Positions 15,659 through 27,600 of a DNA stretch of 64,000 nucleotides are shown piece after piece; position 1 is the stretch's first letter, and every line of letters begins with the position of its first letter. Location of the stretch: assembly GCA_964514995.1 (NCBI GenBank), contig CAZETA010000002.1, positions 10,530 through 74,529 on the forward strand, read 5' to 3'. A model generated the notes under the pieces. The model was not told where the DNA came from, did not search any database, and saw nothing but the letters and a program-made list of their open reading frames with translations. The position numbers and the translations under genes were made by a program. The stretch comes from an uncultured Gammaproteobacteria bacterium (GTDB lineage Bacteria > Patescibacteriota > Patescibacteriia > Magasanikbacterales > GWA2-37-8).

Positions 15659-16732
15659 TTATTCTTCAGTTGGTGGTGGTACCTCGTCTCCATCTTCACT
15701 TCCTGATTCTTCTTCTGGAGCCTCGCCTTTTTCTACGACTTCCCAAATATCTTTGGAAACGGCCTTTAGTAGTTTAGGATTATCTTTGAGGTATTTCTTG
15801 GCAGTCTCTCGGCCTACACCAAATTTTTCTTCCTTATAGCTATAAGAATTACCCGATTTATTAATGACTTTGAAGATTACGCCATTATCAAGTACATCAC
15901 CGGAAACTGAGATGCCTTCATTATACATAATATCGAATTCACAGGTGCGGAATGGCGGCGCCACTTTATTTTTTACGACTTTGGCCTTTACGCGATTGCC
16001 GATAATTTTATCACCTTGTTTGATTTGGGCTGCACGTCTGACTTCAATACGGAGTGAAGAATAAAACTTCAAGGCATTACCGCCAGTAGTAGTTTCTGGA
16101 TTGCCAAAGACAATACCGATCTTCATACGGATTTGATTGATAAAGATTACTACCGTTTTTGACTTACTGATGATGCCCGTCAGTTTGCGCAGAGCTTGGC
16201 TCATGAGGCGCGCTTGCAAGCCCATGTGTGATTCACCCATGTCGCCTTCGATTTCCGCTTTTGGCACAAGAGCTGCGACTGAGTCGACGACAATGACATC
16301 GACGGCATTTGAACGTACGAGCGTTTCTACGATTTCTAGAGCCTGTTCGCCGGTATCTGGTTGAGAGATGAGCAATTCGTCAACTTTGACGCCAATCTTT
16401 TTGGCGTAGTCCGGATCAAGCGCATGTTCAGCATCCACAAAAGCGGCGATGCCGCCCATTTTTTGAACTTCAGCGACGACGTGTTGGGCGAGGGTGGTTT
16501 TACCACTGGCTTCCGGACCGTAAATTTCAATAATACGACCGCGTGGTACGCCGCCAACCCCTAGGGCGATGTCAAGCGATAGACAGCCGGTCGGTACCGC
16601 GTCCACCTGCATGGTTTTTGCCTCTCCGAATTTCATGATAGCGCCGTCACCGAATTTACTTTTGATTTGTTCAATCGCACTCTCTGCGGCCTTCAATTTC
16701 TCCTTTACTTCGTCTGATAGCTGTTTTGCCAT
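15659..16732 (-). CDS. recA: Recombinase RecA
   Basis: Walker A ([11 protein letters not shown]) and a full-length RecA-like sequence. Confidence 0.95.
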   Translation of the reverse strand: MAKQLSDEVKEKLKAAESAIEQIKSKFGDGAIMKFGEAKTMQVDAVPTGCLSLDIALGVGGVPRGRIIEIYGPEASGKTTLAQHVVAEVQKMGGIAAFVDAEHALDPDYAKKIGVKVDELLISQPDTGEQALEIVETLVRSNAVDVIVVDSVAALVPKAEIEGDMGESHMGLQARLMSQALRKLTGIISKSKTVVIFINQIRMKIGIVFGNPETTTGGNALKFYSSLRIEVRRAAQIKQGDKIIGNRVKAKVVKNKVAPPFRTCEFDIMYNEGISVSGDVLDNGVIFKVINKSGNSYSYKEEKFGVGRETAKKYLKDNPKLLKAVSKDIWEVVEKGEAPEEESGSEDGDEVPPPTEE

Positions 16733-16768
16733 ATCAGCATTATATTAAGATAAATTAAAATACTCTAG

Positions 16769-17470
16769 TTACATTTTTTTCTCATCGGCACTGAGGGTGA
16801 GAGTGTTTGGTTTGACTATTATATGCCGAGTTTCTGTGGTTATTTTTCCATGCTTTTTGATGGCTGATATAGTAATCGTATTTACTCCGTTTGACAAGTC
16901 CAGAACAATTTCGAATCGGCCTTTATCATTCGGCATGGCTTCCTTGCCATTTACCATGAGCCGCACTTCTTTGTCTGTTTCACCCTGCACAACAGCGGTC
17001 AATTTATTAGATATCGCACCGTCATTGGGTGAAAAGATAGTAAGTTTTGGAGGTTGGAGAATGCCGTTAACTTGCCAAATTAGATAACCGGCAAATCCAA
17101 GCAAGAACAGAGCTGTTGTTACCGAGCGAACGACAGTAGACATAGAATTGAGCAGCCAAAATCGCAATGTAGTTTTTGGGTGGATGGTGGGGGTGTTATG
17201 CAGGTCTGATTCTTGCGAAAATTGATAGAGCAGACTTGCCGGATTCAAGTCAAGTATTTTTGCGTACTCTTTTATGTAGGCGAGTCTATGTGCTTTGGCG
17301 AGCGGCAGTTCTTTAAAACGGGCCGCTTCGATTGCTTCTAAGTATTTGAGGGGAATTCTGGTTTTTTTAGATATGTCGGCAAGGGACAGCTGTTTTTGCT
17401 CACGGATTTTTTTGAGGCGTTGGCCTACGCGCAGTTGCGGTTCTAAATTTTTAAGACAAAAAACGGCCAT
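16769..17470 (-). CDS. RodZ-like HTH/transmembrane cytoskeleton-associated protein
   Basis: N-terminal XRE-type HTH (LKKIREQKQLSLADISKKTRIPLKYLEAIE), a single TM helix and a C-terminal beta-rich domain. Confidence 0.55.
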   Translation of the reverse strand: MAVFCLKNLEPQLRVGQRLKKIREQKQLSLADISKKTRIPLKYLEAIEAARFKELPLAKAHRLAYIKEYAKILDLNPASLLYQFSQESDLHNTPTIHPKTTLRFWLLNSMSTVVRSVTTALFLLGFAGYLIWQVNGILQPPKLTIFSPNDGAISNKLTAVVQGETDKEVRLMVNGKEAMPNDKGRFEIVLDLSNGVNTITISAIKKHGKITTETRHIIVKPNTLTLSADEKKM

Positions 17471-17514
17471 ACTTTTAAAAACTCTAAATACTAAATCTTT
17501 AATTCTAAATTCAG

Positions 17515-19848
17515 CTACGCAAAGTTTTGGTTGTCTGTTTTTTCCGGCTCATCAAAAACCGGTGCGCCGCCTGAGTTCATGGTCTGTTCATTTGCCGGCA
17601 TTTCTTCTTCGGCGTCAGGTCGCATATGTTCGGTAAACACTTCTCTTGGTTTGGCGCCGTCTGCTGGACCTACTATACCAGCTTCCTCCATTTCGTCCAA
17701 GAGACGAGCGGCTCGGGCGTAGCCGATCTTCATTCGTCGTTGTAAGAGCGAAGCGCTCGCTTTACCTGATTCCATAACAACGTGCTTGGCCTCGTCAAAG
17801 AGCGGATCATGGTCACTGCTGGAGCCGTCAAACATATTGATAGTTCCGCCGCTCAAAGCGCTATTTTTTGAAACGATTGAATCGTCGTAGACGGGCGGTT
17901 CGTCGCCTTTCAGGTGGTCTATAACTCGTTTCATCTCCTCTTCTGAGACAAAGGCACCCTGGACGCGTTTTGGCTTAGATAGTTCGGCGGTCAAAAACAA
18001 CATATCACCGCGGCCAAGGAGTTTTTCCGCGCCGGGACAATCTAGGATCGTGCGAGAATCGATAATAGAGGCAACGGAAAAGGCGATACGGGCTGGGATA
18101 TTTGCTTTCATGAGCCCGGTAATAACTTCCACGCTTGGTCGTTGTGTGGCGACGATGAGGTGAATACCGACAGCACGAGCCATTTGAGCTATACGGATAA
18201 TGCCGGCCTCCACTTCGCTTGCGGCCATGGCCATCAGATCAGCAAGTTCGTCAATGACAAAGACGATGTATGGTAGCGGCTCGGCGGCAGATTTGTTATA
18301 TGAGCCGATATCACGCTTGCCTGCTTCCGCAAGTACTGTAAAGCGTCTATCCATTTCGCCAATAGCCCATTTGAGCGCATTAACAGTTTTTGCAGGATCG
18401 GTGATAACTGGTGTGAGCAGGTGTGGAATGCCGTTATACGGAGTCAGCTCTACCCGTTTTGGATCAACCATGATCATACGCAACGTCTCGGCGGTATTTT
18501 GATAGAGTAGACTCAAGATCACAGTATTAATACACACTGTTTTTCCTGAACCGGTCGAACCGGCAATCAGTAGATGCGGCATTTTCAAAATATCGCCAAA
18601 CCAGACTTTGCCAGCCACGTCTTTACCGAGCGCAATCATCATGTTGTGTTTGTCAGGATTTTTGAATTCAGGACTCTCTAATAGCTCGCGCAGGGTTACC
18701 ATAGCCACTTTCTGATTTGGGACTTCGATACCCACGAGCGCCTGGCCGGGAATCGGAGCCTCGATACGAATTGGGTGTGCAGCCAATGCTAGCGCCAAGT
18801 CGTTGCCCAAAGCGGTAATGCGAGTTAGTTTGACGCCTTTGGCTGGTTTTAAGGAATACTGTGTTACGGTGGGTCCAACCCGAACCTCGCCCATCTCTAC
18901 TTCGATACCAAAGTTTTGGAATGTGTCTCTGATTACTTCGGCATTGCTTTTGATATCGCCGGAAGTTGGTTTGCTTTTAGAGGTAAATAGCAGATCTACT
19001 GGCGGCAAGTCGCGGATGATTGGCTTGGGCGGTTCGGTCATGGCCGGCGCGGTGGCGACAGTGGTGTTTGTGACATCGGCTTCCTCTTCGGTATTTTCTT
19101 CAACCTCTTTGTTCGCGAGATGACGCTGCTGGAACACTCGTTCTTCTTCGCCGTCCTCCTCCTCCTCATCCTCGTCTTCTTCCTCGCCAGTTTGGTAATC
19201 ACCCTTAATATTAAAGGCGACTGTCGAGGCTTCCTTTTTAAATGATCCAAAAAAAGCAATAATTCTTTGACCAAACCAGCCTAATACGCCAAAAAATTTT
19301 TTATGCAGCTCTACGATCTGTGCAAGTGAGGTATTAAATAAAAAGATAATGCCAATGAGTAGGAATGCGATCAAGACCATGGTCGCGCCCCAGGCACCAA
19401 CATATATTTTGAGCGGCCAGGAGAGTAGGAGTCCGACAAGACCGCCGCCAAACCCTTGTTGGGCATCAAGAAGCATCTGTTCTATCGGTCTTTGGAGATG
19501 GATTAGGCCGTTGAAACCAAGAATAAACAAAATTGATCCGATCCAATGAGTCGGACGATATTCATACTCAAGGTCCTTGACCATGAGAATTGCCACAAGA
19601 ATGATGATAATGGGAAATATATAGCGCACTTGGCCAAAGGTGATGGCAAGCAGCGAATCGATAAATTGACCGGCCACTCCGGCCATAGAAAAGAAACTAA
19701 GCGCTGATAATCCGCCGACGATAAATAAAAAAATAGCTAGCAGTCCGCGTCCGATATCAGGATTGAGATTGATGCGTTCGCCTAAGCTTGGTTTGCGAGT
19801 TTTGTGTCTTCCCATATGATTTAACGAAATCATGTCGAGTAACGTCAT
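17515..19848 (-). CDS. ftsK: DNA translocase FtsK/SpoIIIE
   Basis: N-terminal TM helices, acidic linker, Walker A (GSTGSGKTV) and a C-terminal gamma domain (LLQRRMKIGYARAARLLDEME). Confidence 0.9.
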   Translation of the reverse strand: MTLLDMISLNHMGRHKTRKPSLGERINLNPDIGRGLLAIFLFIVGGLSALSFFSMAGVAGQFIDSLLAITFGQVRYIFPIIIILVAILMVKDLEYEYRPTHWIGSILFILGFNGLIHLQRPIEQMLLDAQQGFGGGLVGLLLSWPLKIYVGAWGATMVLIAFLLIGIIFLFNTSLAQIVELHKKFFGVLGWFGQRIIAFFGSFKKEASTVAFNIKGDYQTGEEEDEDEEEEDGEEERVFQQRHLANKEVEENTEEEADVTNTTVATAPAMTEPPKPIIRDLPPVDLLFTSKSKPTSGDIKSNAEVIRDTFQNFGIEVEMGEVRVGPTVTQYSLKPAKGVKLTRITALGNDLALALAAHPIRIEAPIPGQALVGIEVPNQKVAMVTLRELLESPEFKNPDKHNMMIALGKDVAGKVWFGDILKMPHLLIAGSTGSGKTVCINTVILSLLYQNTAETLRMIMVDPKRVELTPYNGIPHLLTPVITDPAKTVNALKWAIGEMDRRFTVLAEAGKRDIGSYNKSAAEPLPYIVFVIDELADLMAMAASEVEAGIIRIAQMARAVGIHLIVATQRPSVEVITGLMKANIPARIAFSVASIIDSRTILDCPGAEKLLGRGDMLFLTAELSKPKRVQGAFVSEEEMKRVIDHLKGDEPPVYDDSIVSKNSALSGGTINMFDGSSSDHDPLFDEAKHVVMESGKASASLLQRRMKIGYARAARLLDEMEEAGIVGPADGAKPREVFTEHMRPDAEEEMPANEQTMNSGGAPVFDEPEKTDNQNFA

Positions 19849-19920
19849 TTGAAACTCGGCGCCGGTGCCTATTGTAGCACAAATGACTATTCAGAGAAAG
19901 AATTTATAACTAAAACCCCG

Positions 19921-19957
19921 CATCAGAAAGACGCGGGGTTGTTTTTTCTGCAAAAAG
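19921..19957. terminator. Bidirectional rho-independent terminator-like hairpin (CCCCGC-11nt-GCGGGG) with A-run/T-run flanks
   Basis: Lies just outside the ftsK start, in the long ftsK-rpoB intergenic region. Confidence 0.45.
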
Positions 19958-20329
19958 CTGCGACAAGAATTGCATGTTTTAACTAACGGATCAAATTTAG
20001 AAAACTTTCTTTGAACAAAGAAATGTTCAAGAGAAAAGAGAGAGATTTGTTTAATAAATCCGATCTGGTTGAGACATCAACTCTTGCGCAACTTGCTGAA
20101 GAAAATTTTTTTAAAAAAAATTATGAATCTATTTTATAGTGAAAAAATATTTTGTCAAGGATGAATAATTATTTTTTGTAAAATTATCTTTCCTAAATTT
20201 TTGTCTGTATTTTATATGGATGAAGATTTTTATATACAGTTGACGACGTAATAAAAATTTGCTAAATTTTTTAGTTAGATTGCCGAGTTAGGTTGGTGCT
20301 ACTGCTGTAGACATTTATTTAAGTGTATA

Positions 20330-20690
20330 GAGCGGTAACACCGACCATGGGGATGGTCGGTGAGTATGGCGGCCTCCAAAATCCAGGAGGCTCTTCTCGT
20401 CGGGGGTATCTAGCCAATGCCGAACCAGACTGCGAAGAGAGGCGGTCGTCAAGATCGCAAGCAAGCGCGCCACAGGGCGCGTGAACAAGGCCAGGAGGCC
20501 CGACGGGCCCGACGGGCCCGACAGCGGGCACAGCGGGCCGCTGGCGGCCACTCGGCCACCAACAAGGAGGTGGCCACCCTGCCGCCGTCCGAGCCGAACT
20601 ACGGCCCGGACGATCGCTAGCACCGGCTTCGCGCCAGTGCCGCGGAAAGGAGCTGCCCGAGGGCTCCAGTCGTGACTATGGGTAGAAAAA
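20330..20690. other. GC-rich (~65%) anomalous segment in the AT-rich ftsK-rpoB intergenic region, with tandem GCCCGACGG repeats; possible small basic ORF 20417-20620 (+)
   Basis: Abrupt compositional shift. The ORF has GC3-biased codons and a G-run RBS-like (GGGGG) about 10 nt upstream. No conserved RNase P/tmRNA/SRP motifs found. Confidence 0.4.
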
Positions 20691-21179
20691 TTCTATTTAT
20701 AGCCACGGAGCTCTCAGAATATTGTATAAAAACATGCCACGAAAGTGGCTGTTTTTTATTCTTAGAGAACTATACTTCGGATATTCTGTGGATAAAAATG
20801 TATAAAATAATGAAACTGAGCATGTTTTTTATCTAAAATTAGGCAAATAAACATATTTTCTTGACAAAAGTTATCCAATTTTAATTGCTTGACATTACTA
20901 TATAATTAGCGTAGTATGTAGATACTTGAATACTTCTAGAAAGAGAGAGACCAAGTTTTTAGCTTAAACTAGCGCAAAAGTAGTCCTGCCTTTGGTAAAA
21001 GACGGGGCGAAGCCTTGCAAGGAATAAAAATTTTTACATGCCGGCCTTGCTTTTATTAGCTAACCTTTAAGAAAAAAGTGACCAAACGCCCTCAAGGCGC
21101 CGTTTTTTGTTTCTGGACGTTGCCGAAAAATTCCTTTCCATTTTAATTTGTTAATTGCTAACTGTTAATAAATCAACAT

Positions 21180-24100
21180 ATGCCAATCTTCAAGCGTCAG
21201 GCCCTCAAGACAAAAGAACGACAATTTTTTACGAGCATTCGTGATGCTATGCCCGTACCGGATTTGATCGATGTGCAGAAAAGTTCGTATGATTGGTTTT
21301 TAAAATTCGGCATTAAGGATCTTTTTGAAGAAGTTTCTCCGATGACTGACTTTACCGGCCGTGATTTGGAGTTATATTTGGAAAATTATTATTTGGATGA
21401 ACCGAAATTTGATGAGGTGGTTTGTCGCGAACGAAATTTGACTTTTGAAGCGCCATTACGTGTAACAGCTCGGCTCGTCAACAAACGTACCGGACAAACC
21501 AAATCTCAGGAAATTTATTTGGGAGATATTCCGCTCATGACCCAACGCGGTACTTTTATTGTTAATGGTATTGAGCGAGTAGTGGTTTCTCAGCTTATCC
21601 GTTCTGCGGGTGCGTTCTTTACAGCTGAGAATATTCGCGGACGTCGGTATTATGGCGCAAAGATTATCCCAAATCGCGGCGCTTGGATAGAAATTGAAAC
21701 TGACATGAATAATGTGGTGTGGATCAAGGTTGATCGTAAGCGTAAAATGGCTGCGACATCGCTTCTGCGTGCGTTTGGATATGAAGATGATGCAAAAATT
21801 ATTGACTCGTTTAAGAGTGTGAATAATCATCCAACTGTTGATTATATTGACGCTACGATAAAAAAAGATGTTGCTAAGAATCAGGAGGAAGGGCTTATTG
21901 AAGTCTACAAGAGAATTCGTCCCGGAGATTTGGCGACCGCAGATAATGCCAAGAGCTTGATCTTTGCCATGTTTTTCAATTTTGATCGGTATGATTTAGG
22001 CAGGGTCGGTGTCTATAAATTTAACACCAAGTTTGATCTGGGGTACAAAGACAATGATTATGATAAAAAAGAAAATAGAGTTTTGTCTCCGGAAAAATTA
22101 TTGGCTGTGCTTAAAGAGGTTATCCGTCTCAATGTGACTCAAGAAGAGCCTGATGATATTGATCATCTTGGCAATCGTCGTATTCGTGCGGTAGGTGAAC
22201 TGGCACAAAATAGATTCCGTGTCGGACTTGCTCGTATGGAGCGTATTGTCAAAGATCGCATGAGTACTCAGGATATGGAAGCACTTTCTCCAAACAAACT
22301 TGTTAATGCCCGGCCGGTTATTTCAGCTATCCGTGAATTTTTCATGAGTTCGCAGCTTTCACAGTTCATGGATCAGACCAATCCGTTGTCTGAACTTGAG
22401 CATAAGCGTCGTGTCAGTGCTTTGGGTCCGGGCGGTTTGTCTCGTGATCGAGCCGGCTTTGAAGTTCGTGATGTGCACACTACTCATTATGGTCGTATTT
22501 GTCCGATTGCTACTCCGGAAGGTCCGAACATCGGTTTGGTAAACCATTTGTCTAGCTTTGCTCGAGTAAATGAGTTTGGATTTATTGAAACTCCATATCG
22601 CAAGGTGCTTAAGTCAGTGACTAATGATCCAAAATTCACGGAAGGCGAAATTTTGCTAGACGAAGTTGAAGGTATTAAAGCAGGCACAAAAATTACCAAA
22701 GATTTGGCGACGAAGCTTGCTAAGGTAAAGATGAAAGAAATTCCGGTGCGTCCACGCGTGACCAATGAAATTGTTTTCTTAAATGCTTTTAAAGAAGAAA
22801 AAGCCAAAACAGCCTCTGCCACTACCCAGATAGATGCGGATGGGTATTTTGTTCAAGAAACTGTGCCGGCCCGTATTCATGGTATTCCGGGTGTAGGCAG
22901 GACTAGTGAACTTGAATATGTTGACGTGGCTTCAAATCAAATTATTAGTATCGCTACTTCCTGTATTCCATTTTTGGAACATGACGACGCCACTCGCGCG
23001 CTCATGGGTACAAACATGCAACGTCAGGCAGTACCGTGCATCAAGCCACAGCCGCCGCTTGTAGGTACAGGTACGGAAGAAAGTGCCGCCTATTATTCGG
23101 GCTATATTATTTTGTCTGAAGTTGATGGGGAAGTGGCTGAGGTTGATGGGAACCATATTGTCATAGTTGATAAAAAAGATGTAAGACATACCTACTATTT
23201 GAATAAATTTGTCCGATCTAACCATTCAACTTGCGTAAATCAAACGCCGATAGTGAAGTTGGGAGAGAAGGTGAAGAAAGGTCAGGGACTCACCGATGGT
23301 CCGGGCATCAAAGACGGCGAACTCTCGCTTGGTCAGAATATGCTCGTGGCCTATATGGTCTGGGACGGGTATAACTATGAAGACGCGATTATCGTCTCCG
23401 AACGTGTTGTGCAGGGTGATAATTTTACCTCTATTCATATCGAGGATTATGTCATTGATGTCCGCGAAACAAAATTAGGTCCGGAAATCATTACTGCCGA
23501 TATCCCGAACGTCAGCGAGGAAAAATTAAAAAATTTGGATAGCGAAGGCATTGTGCGTATTGGAGCGGAAGTAAAATCCGGCGACATTTTGGTTGGTAAG
23601 ATTACACCAAAAGGCGAAACAGAACTTTCTGCCGAAGAGAGATTGCTTCGCGCTATCTTTGGTGAAAAAGCTCGTGATGTCCGTGATTCTTCTTTGTATC
23701 TTGAACACGGTGAACATGGCCGTGTAATTGGTATTAAAATATTTTCTACAGAAAATGGCGACAAATTGCAGCCGGGAGTTATCAAGCAAGTTCAAGTGCG
23801 TGTAGCTGATCAAAGAAAGATTCAGGTTGGAGACAAGATGGCCGGTCGTCATGGCAATAAAGGTGTTATCTCGCGCGTCGTGCCTGCAGAAGATATGCCA
23901 TTTTTGGCTGACGGCACTCCTGTTGATATTATCTTGTCCCCGCTTGGTGTTATTTCTCGTATGAACCTCGGACAGCTTTTAGAAACTCATTTGGGCTTAG
24001 CCGCTAACGCACTTGGTTATAAGGTTGCTACTCCGGTATTAAATGGTATTACCGAAGCACAGATCAAAGAAGAATTAGCCAAAGCCGGCCTGCCGACAAG

Positions 24101-24626
24101 CGGTCAGGTAACTCTGTATGATGGCCGTACCGGTGAACCATATGACCATAAAGTAACTGTTGGCTATAATTATATGCTTAAACTAAACCACATGGTTGAG
24201 GATAAGATCCATCAACGCTCAATTGGTCCGTATAGTTTGATTACCCAGCAGCCATTGGGCGGTAAGGCGCAGTTCGGTGGCCAGCGTTTCGGGGAAATGG
24301 AAGTTTGGGCGCTTGAAGCATATGGCGCGGCACATACCTTGCAGGAGATTTTGACCATTAAATCCGATGATGTCCCAGGACGTTCGAAAGCGTATGAAGC
24401 TATAATTAAGGGTGAGCCGATCAGCAAAGTTAACTTACCTGAATCATTTAATGTTTTGGTAAGAGAATTAAAAGGTTTGGCGTTGGACGTGGAATTATTG
24501 CAAAAAAACGAATCAGGCGATTTTAATCCGATGCCAGACAGCAAGGCACAAAAGGAAATCAACGATAACAGGTCGACCAGTGAAGAAGAAAGTCAGGCCA
24601 GTGGCCGAAGACAAGCCGATAAATAA
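21180..24626 (+). CDS. rpoB: DNA-directed RNA polymerase beta subunit
   Basis: Full-length RpoB with conserved blocks (e.g. [21 protein letters not shown]). Confidence 0.97.
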   Translation: MPIFKRQALKTKERQFFTSIRDAMPVPDLIDVQKSSYDWFLKFGIKDLFEEVSPMTDFTGRDLELYLENYYLDEPKFDEVVCRERNLTFEAPLRVTARLVNKRTGQTKSQEIYLGDIPLMTQRGTFIVNGIERVVVSQLIRSAGAFFTAENIRGRRYYGAKIIPNRGAWIEIETDMNNVVWIKVDRKRKMAATSLLRAFGYEDDAKIIDSFKSVNNHPTVDYIDATIKKDVAKNQEEGLIEVYKRIRPGDLATADNAKSLIFAMFFNFDRYDLGRVGVYKFNTKFDLGYKDNDYDKKENRVLSPEKLLAVLKEVIRLNVTQEEPDDIDHLGNRRIRAVGELAQNRFRVGLARMERIVKDRMSTQDMEALSPNKLVNARPVISAIREFFMSSQLSQFMDQTNPLSELEHKRRVSALGPGGLSRDRAGFEVRDVHTTHYGRICPIATPEGPNIGLVNHLSSFARVNEFGFIETPYRKVLKSVTNDPKFTEGEILLDEVEGIKAGTKITKDLATKLAKVKMKEIPVRPRVTNEIVFLNAFKEEKAKTASATTQIDADGYFVQETVPARIHGIPGVGRTSELEYVDVASNQIISIATSCIPFLEHDDATRALMGTNMQRQAVPCIKPQPPLVGTGTEESAAYYSGYIILSEVDGEVAEVDGNHIVIVDKKDVRHTYYLNKFVRSNHSTCVNQTPIVKLGEKVKKGQGLTDGPGIKDGELSLGQNMLVAYMVWDGYNYEDAIIVSERVVQGDNFTSIHIEDYVIDVRETKLGPEIITADIPNVSEEKLKNLDSEGIVRIGAEVKSGDILVGKITPKGETELSAEERLLRAIFGEKARDVRDSSLYLEHGEHGRVIGIKIFSTENGDKLQPGVIKQVQVRVADQRKIQVGDKMAGRHGNKGVISRVVPAEDMPFLADGTPVDIILSPLGVISRMNLGQLLETHLGLAANALGYKVATPVLNGITEAQIKEELAKAGLPTSGQVTLYDGRTGEPYDHKVTVGYNYMLKLNHMVEDKIHQRSIGPYSLITQQPLGGKAQFGGQRFGEMEVWALEAYGAAHTLQEILTIKSDDVPGRSKAYEAIIKGEPISKVNLPESFNVLVRELKGLALDVELLQKNESGDFNPMPDSKAQKEINDNRSTSEEESQASGRRQADK

Positions 24627-24634
24627 TCTTTAAC

Positions 24635-27600
24635 TTGATTAATTATAACCATATGTCTGACAATTTTTCTCCTACAGACTTTAGCGCCATACGTCTTAAG
24701 CTTGCATCTCCGGAAGTGATTAAAGGCTGGTCTTATGGCGAGGTGAACAAACCAGAAACTATTAATTACCGTACTCAAAAACCGGAAAAAGGCGGTCTTT
24801 TTGCCGAAGAGATTTTTGGCCCGGTTAAAGATTGGGAATGTTATTGTGGTAAATATAAAAAAATTCGTTATAAGGGAATTGTGTGTGATAAGTGTGGCGT
24901 AGAAGTGACCCACTCTTCGGTTCGTCGTGAGCGTATGGGGCATATTGAGCTTTCCGCTCCGGTAGCCCATATTTGGTTTTTACGCTCAGTGCCTTCTAAG
25001 GTTGGCTTGGTGCTGGACCTTTCCGCTCAGGCGCTTGAGAAAGTCGTCTATTTTGCCGCCTTCATCATCACTCATGTAAACGAAGAAGAAAAAAAGAAGA
25101 CTGCTGATCTCTTGCGCCAGGAATATAAATCAAAGAAAAAGCAAATTGAAAAAGAGTCTCAGGATGCGATTAAAGGCGCTAACGATAAAAAATTGGGCGC
25201 GCAAGCGCTTGAAAAAGTGCAGGAAGAAACTGAGAGAAAATACAAAGCGCTGGACGAAGATTTTCAACAGGCAGACAAAGAGCTGAAAGAATTGCAAGTT
25301 ATGAAAATTGTTTCCGAGAACAAGTACCAGGAACTGTCTTTGCGCTATGGCCATTTGTTTGAGGCTTCTATCGGCGCTGACGCGGTGCGTAATTTGTTGT
25401 CTCGTATCAATTTGGAAGAAACCGTTAAAAAGTTAAATGAAGAGGAGCAAAAGATCAAAGGCTCGAAGTTAGAGCGAGTTATTCGCCGCAAAAAAGTCCT
25501 CAAGAGTTTCTACTTGAACAAGATTCGTCCTGAGTGGATGATCCTTCAGGTAATTCCAGTTATCCCGCCGGACCTGCGTCCGATGGTCGCTCTTGATGGC
25601 GGACGTTTTGCTACTTCTGACCTTAACGATCTCTACAGACGTGTAATCAATCGCAATAATCGTTTGCGACGTTTGTTGGAACTTGATGCGCCGGAAGTCA
25701 TCTGTCGCAACGAAAAACGCATGTTGCAGGAAGCTGTTGACGCGCTCGTGGATAATAACGCCAGGCAAGCCAAGACGGTGACTGCTTCTACCGGTCAAAA
25801 GAGGCAGCTGCGATCACTTGCTGATATTCTCAAAGGCAAGCAAGGACGTTTCCGTCAAAACTTACTTGGTAAACGTGTTGACTATTCAGGCCGTTCCGTA
25901 ATCGTCGTTGGTCCGAATCTTAATATTGATGAATGCGGTTTGCCAAAGCGAATGGCGCTTGAGCTTTTCAAGCCGTTTATTATGAGTGAAATTATTAAGC
26001 GTGAATTGGCTCATAACGTCCGAAGCGCTTCCAAGTATATCGAAGCAGAACACGATGAGGTTTGGGATATTTTGGAAGATTTGACGAAGAAAACTCGCGT
26101 ACTCCTAAACCGCGCACCAACTCTGCACCGCCTCGGTATTCAGGCTTTCCACCCAAGGCTCATTGAAGGTAAGGCTATCCAGCTTCACCCACTTGTCTGT
26201 ACCGCGTTCAATGCCGACTTCGACGGTGACCAGATGGCTGTGCACTTGCCGCTCACTGTAGAAGCTCGGTGGGAAGCGGATAATTTGATGGCGGCAGAAA
26301 AAAATATTTTGAAACCCGCTACGGGCAGTCCGGTTATTACTCCTACCAAGGATATCGCCCTGGGCTGTTACTATTTAACGAGAGTCGCAACCAGCGATAC
26401 TGGCGAAAATCTGAAGTATTTCAGCTCTGAAAAAGAAGCTATTCTCGCATACCGTTCCCGGGTGATTAGTTTGCAAAAAAGAATTAAAGTCCGTTTTCAA
26501 GATATGAGCCGGTTCCCCGAAGGCGCGAATCCGATCATGGAAACATCAGTGGGTAGAATTTTGTTTAATAAAATTTTACCGGCAAAATTGCCATACTTCA
26601 ACGAAACAATTATTGGTAAAAAGCTTGGGTACATTATTCGTTTGTGTTTGGAGCTTTTGCCTGATCAACAAGAGGTCGCCGATTTCTTGGATGAACTAAA
26701 AAATCTCGGTTATCGCTATGCGACTAAGTCAGGTTACTCACTGGGCATGGACGACTTCCCTGAAATTGCGGAAAAGCCGGGCATCTTGTCTGAGTCAGAT
26801 AAACTAGTGGCTACGGTGGAAGAGCAGTATCAAGAAGGGTTGCTTACCCAATCGGAACGCCATGTGAAAATCTTGGAAATTTGGTCTAATACCAAAGAAC
26901 GGGTTGTGGCCAAAAACCAGCAGATTTTGGATAAAGATGGTCCGGTATTCGCGATGATTGATTCAGGTGCTCGTGGTAGTTGGGGCCAGCTTGGTCAGGT
27001 TATCGGTATGAAAGGTTTGGTGGCCTCAGCTTCTGGTGACACTATTGAGCTTCCTGTAAAAGGGAATTTCAAAGAAGGTTTCGAAGTGCTCGAATTTTTC
27101 AACTCTTCTCACGGTACCAGAAAAGGTTTGACTGATACGGCGTTACGTACCGCCAATGCTGGGTATTTGACCCGACGTCTAGTTGATGTATCTCAAGATG
27201 TGATTGTGTTTGAAGATGATTGTGGCGATACAAACGGCGAACTCTTCACTGTTCTGCAGTCAAAAGAAATGGGTGAGAAATTATCTGAACGTATTTGGGG
27301 TAGATACACCCTTGAAACAGTCAAATCCGGCAGTAAGATTTTAGTCAAAGAGGGCGAGGTTATTGACGATAAAACCGCTCGCGCGATTGATGAGTATAAG
27401 ATTGAAGCAGTAAGAGTTCGCAGTATTTTGCAATGTAAAATGCAAAAAGGTGTCTGCCGCAAATGTTATGGCTTCGATCTTTCTAAGAACAAACCAGTAG
27501 AATTTGGTGTGGCGGTTGGTATTATTGCCGCTCAATCTATCGGTGAACCTGGTACCCAGCTTACTATGAGAACTTTCCATACCGGTGGTGTGGCGGGAGG

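Noticed and set aside
20330-20690. RNase P RNA, tmRNA or SRP RNA hypothesis for the GC-rich intergenic block
   Set aside because: No GGAAAGUCCGGGCUCC/ACAGAAYCCGGCUUA (RNase P), no tRNA-like GGUUCGAnUCC...CCA end or ALAA-type tag frame (tmRNA), and no GGAA/AGCAGC domain IV (SRP) on either strand. Left as unexplained.
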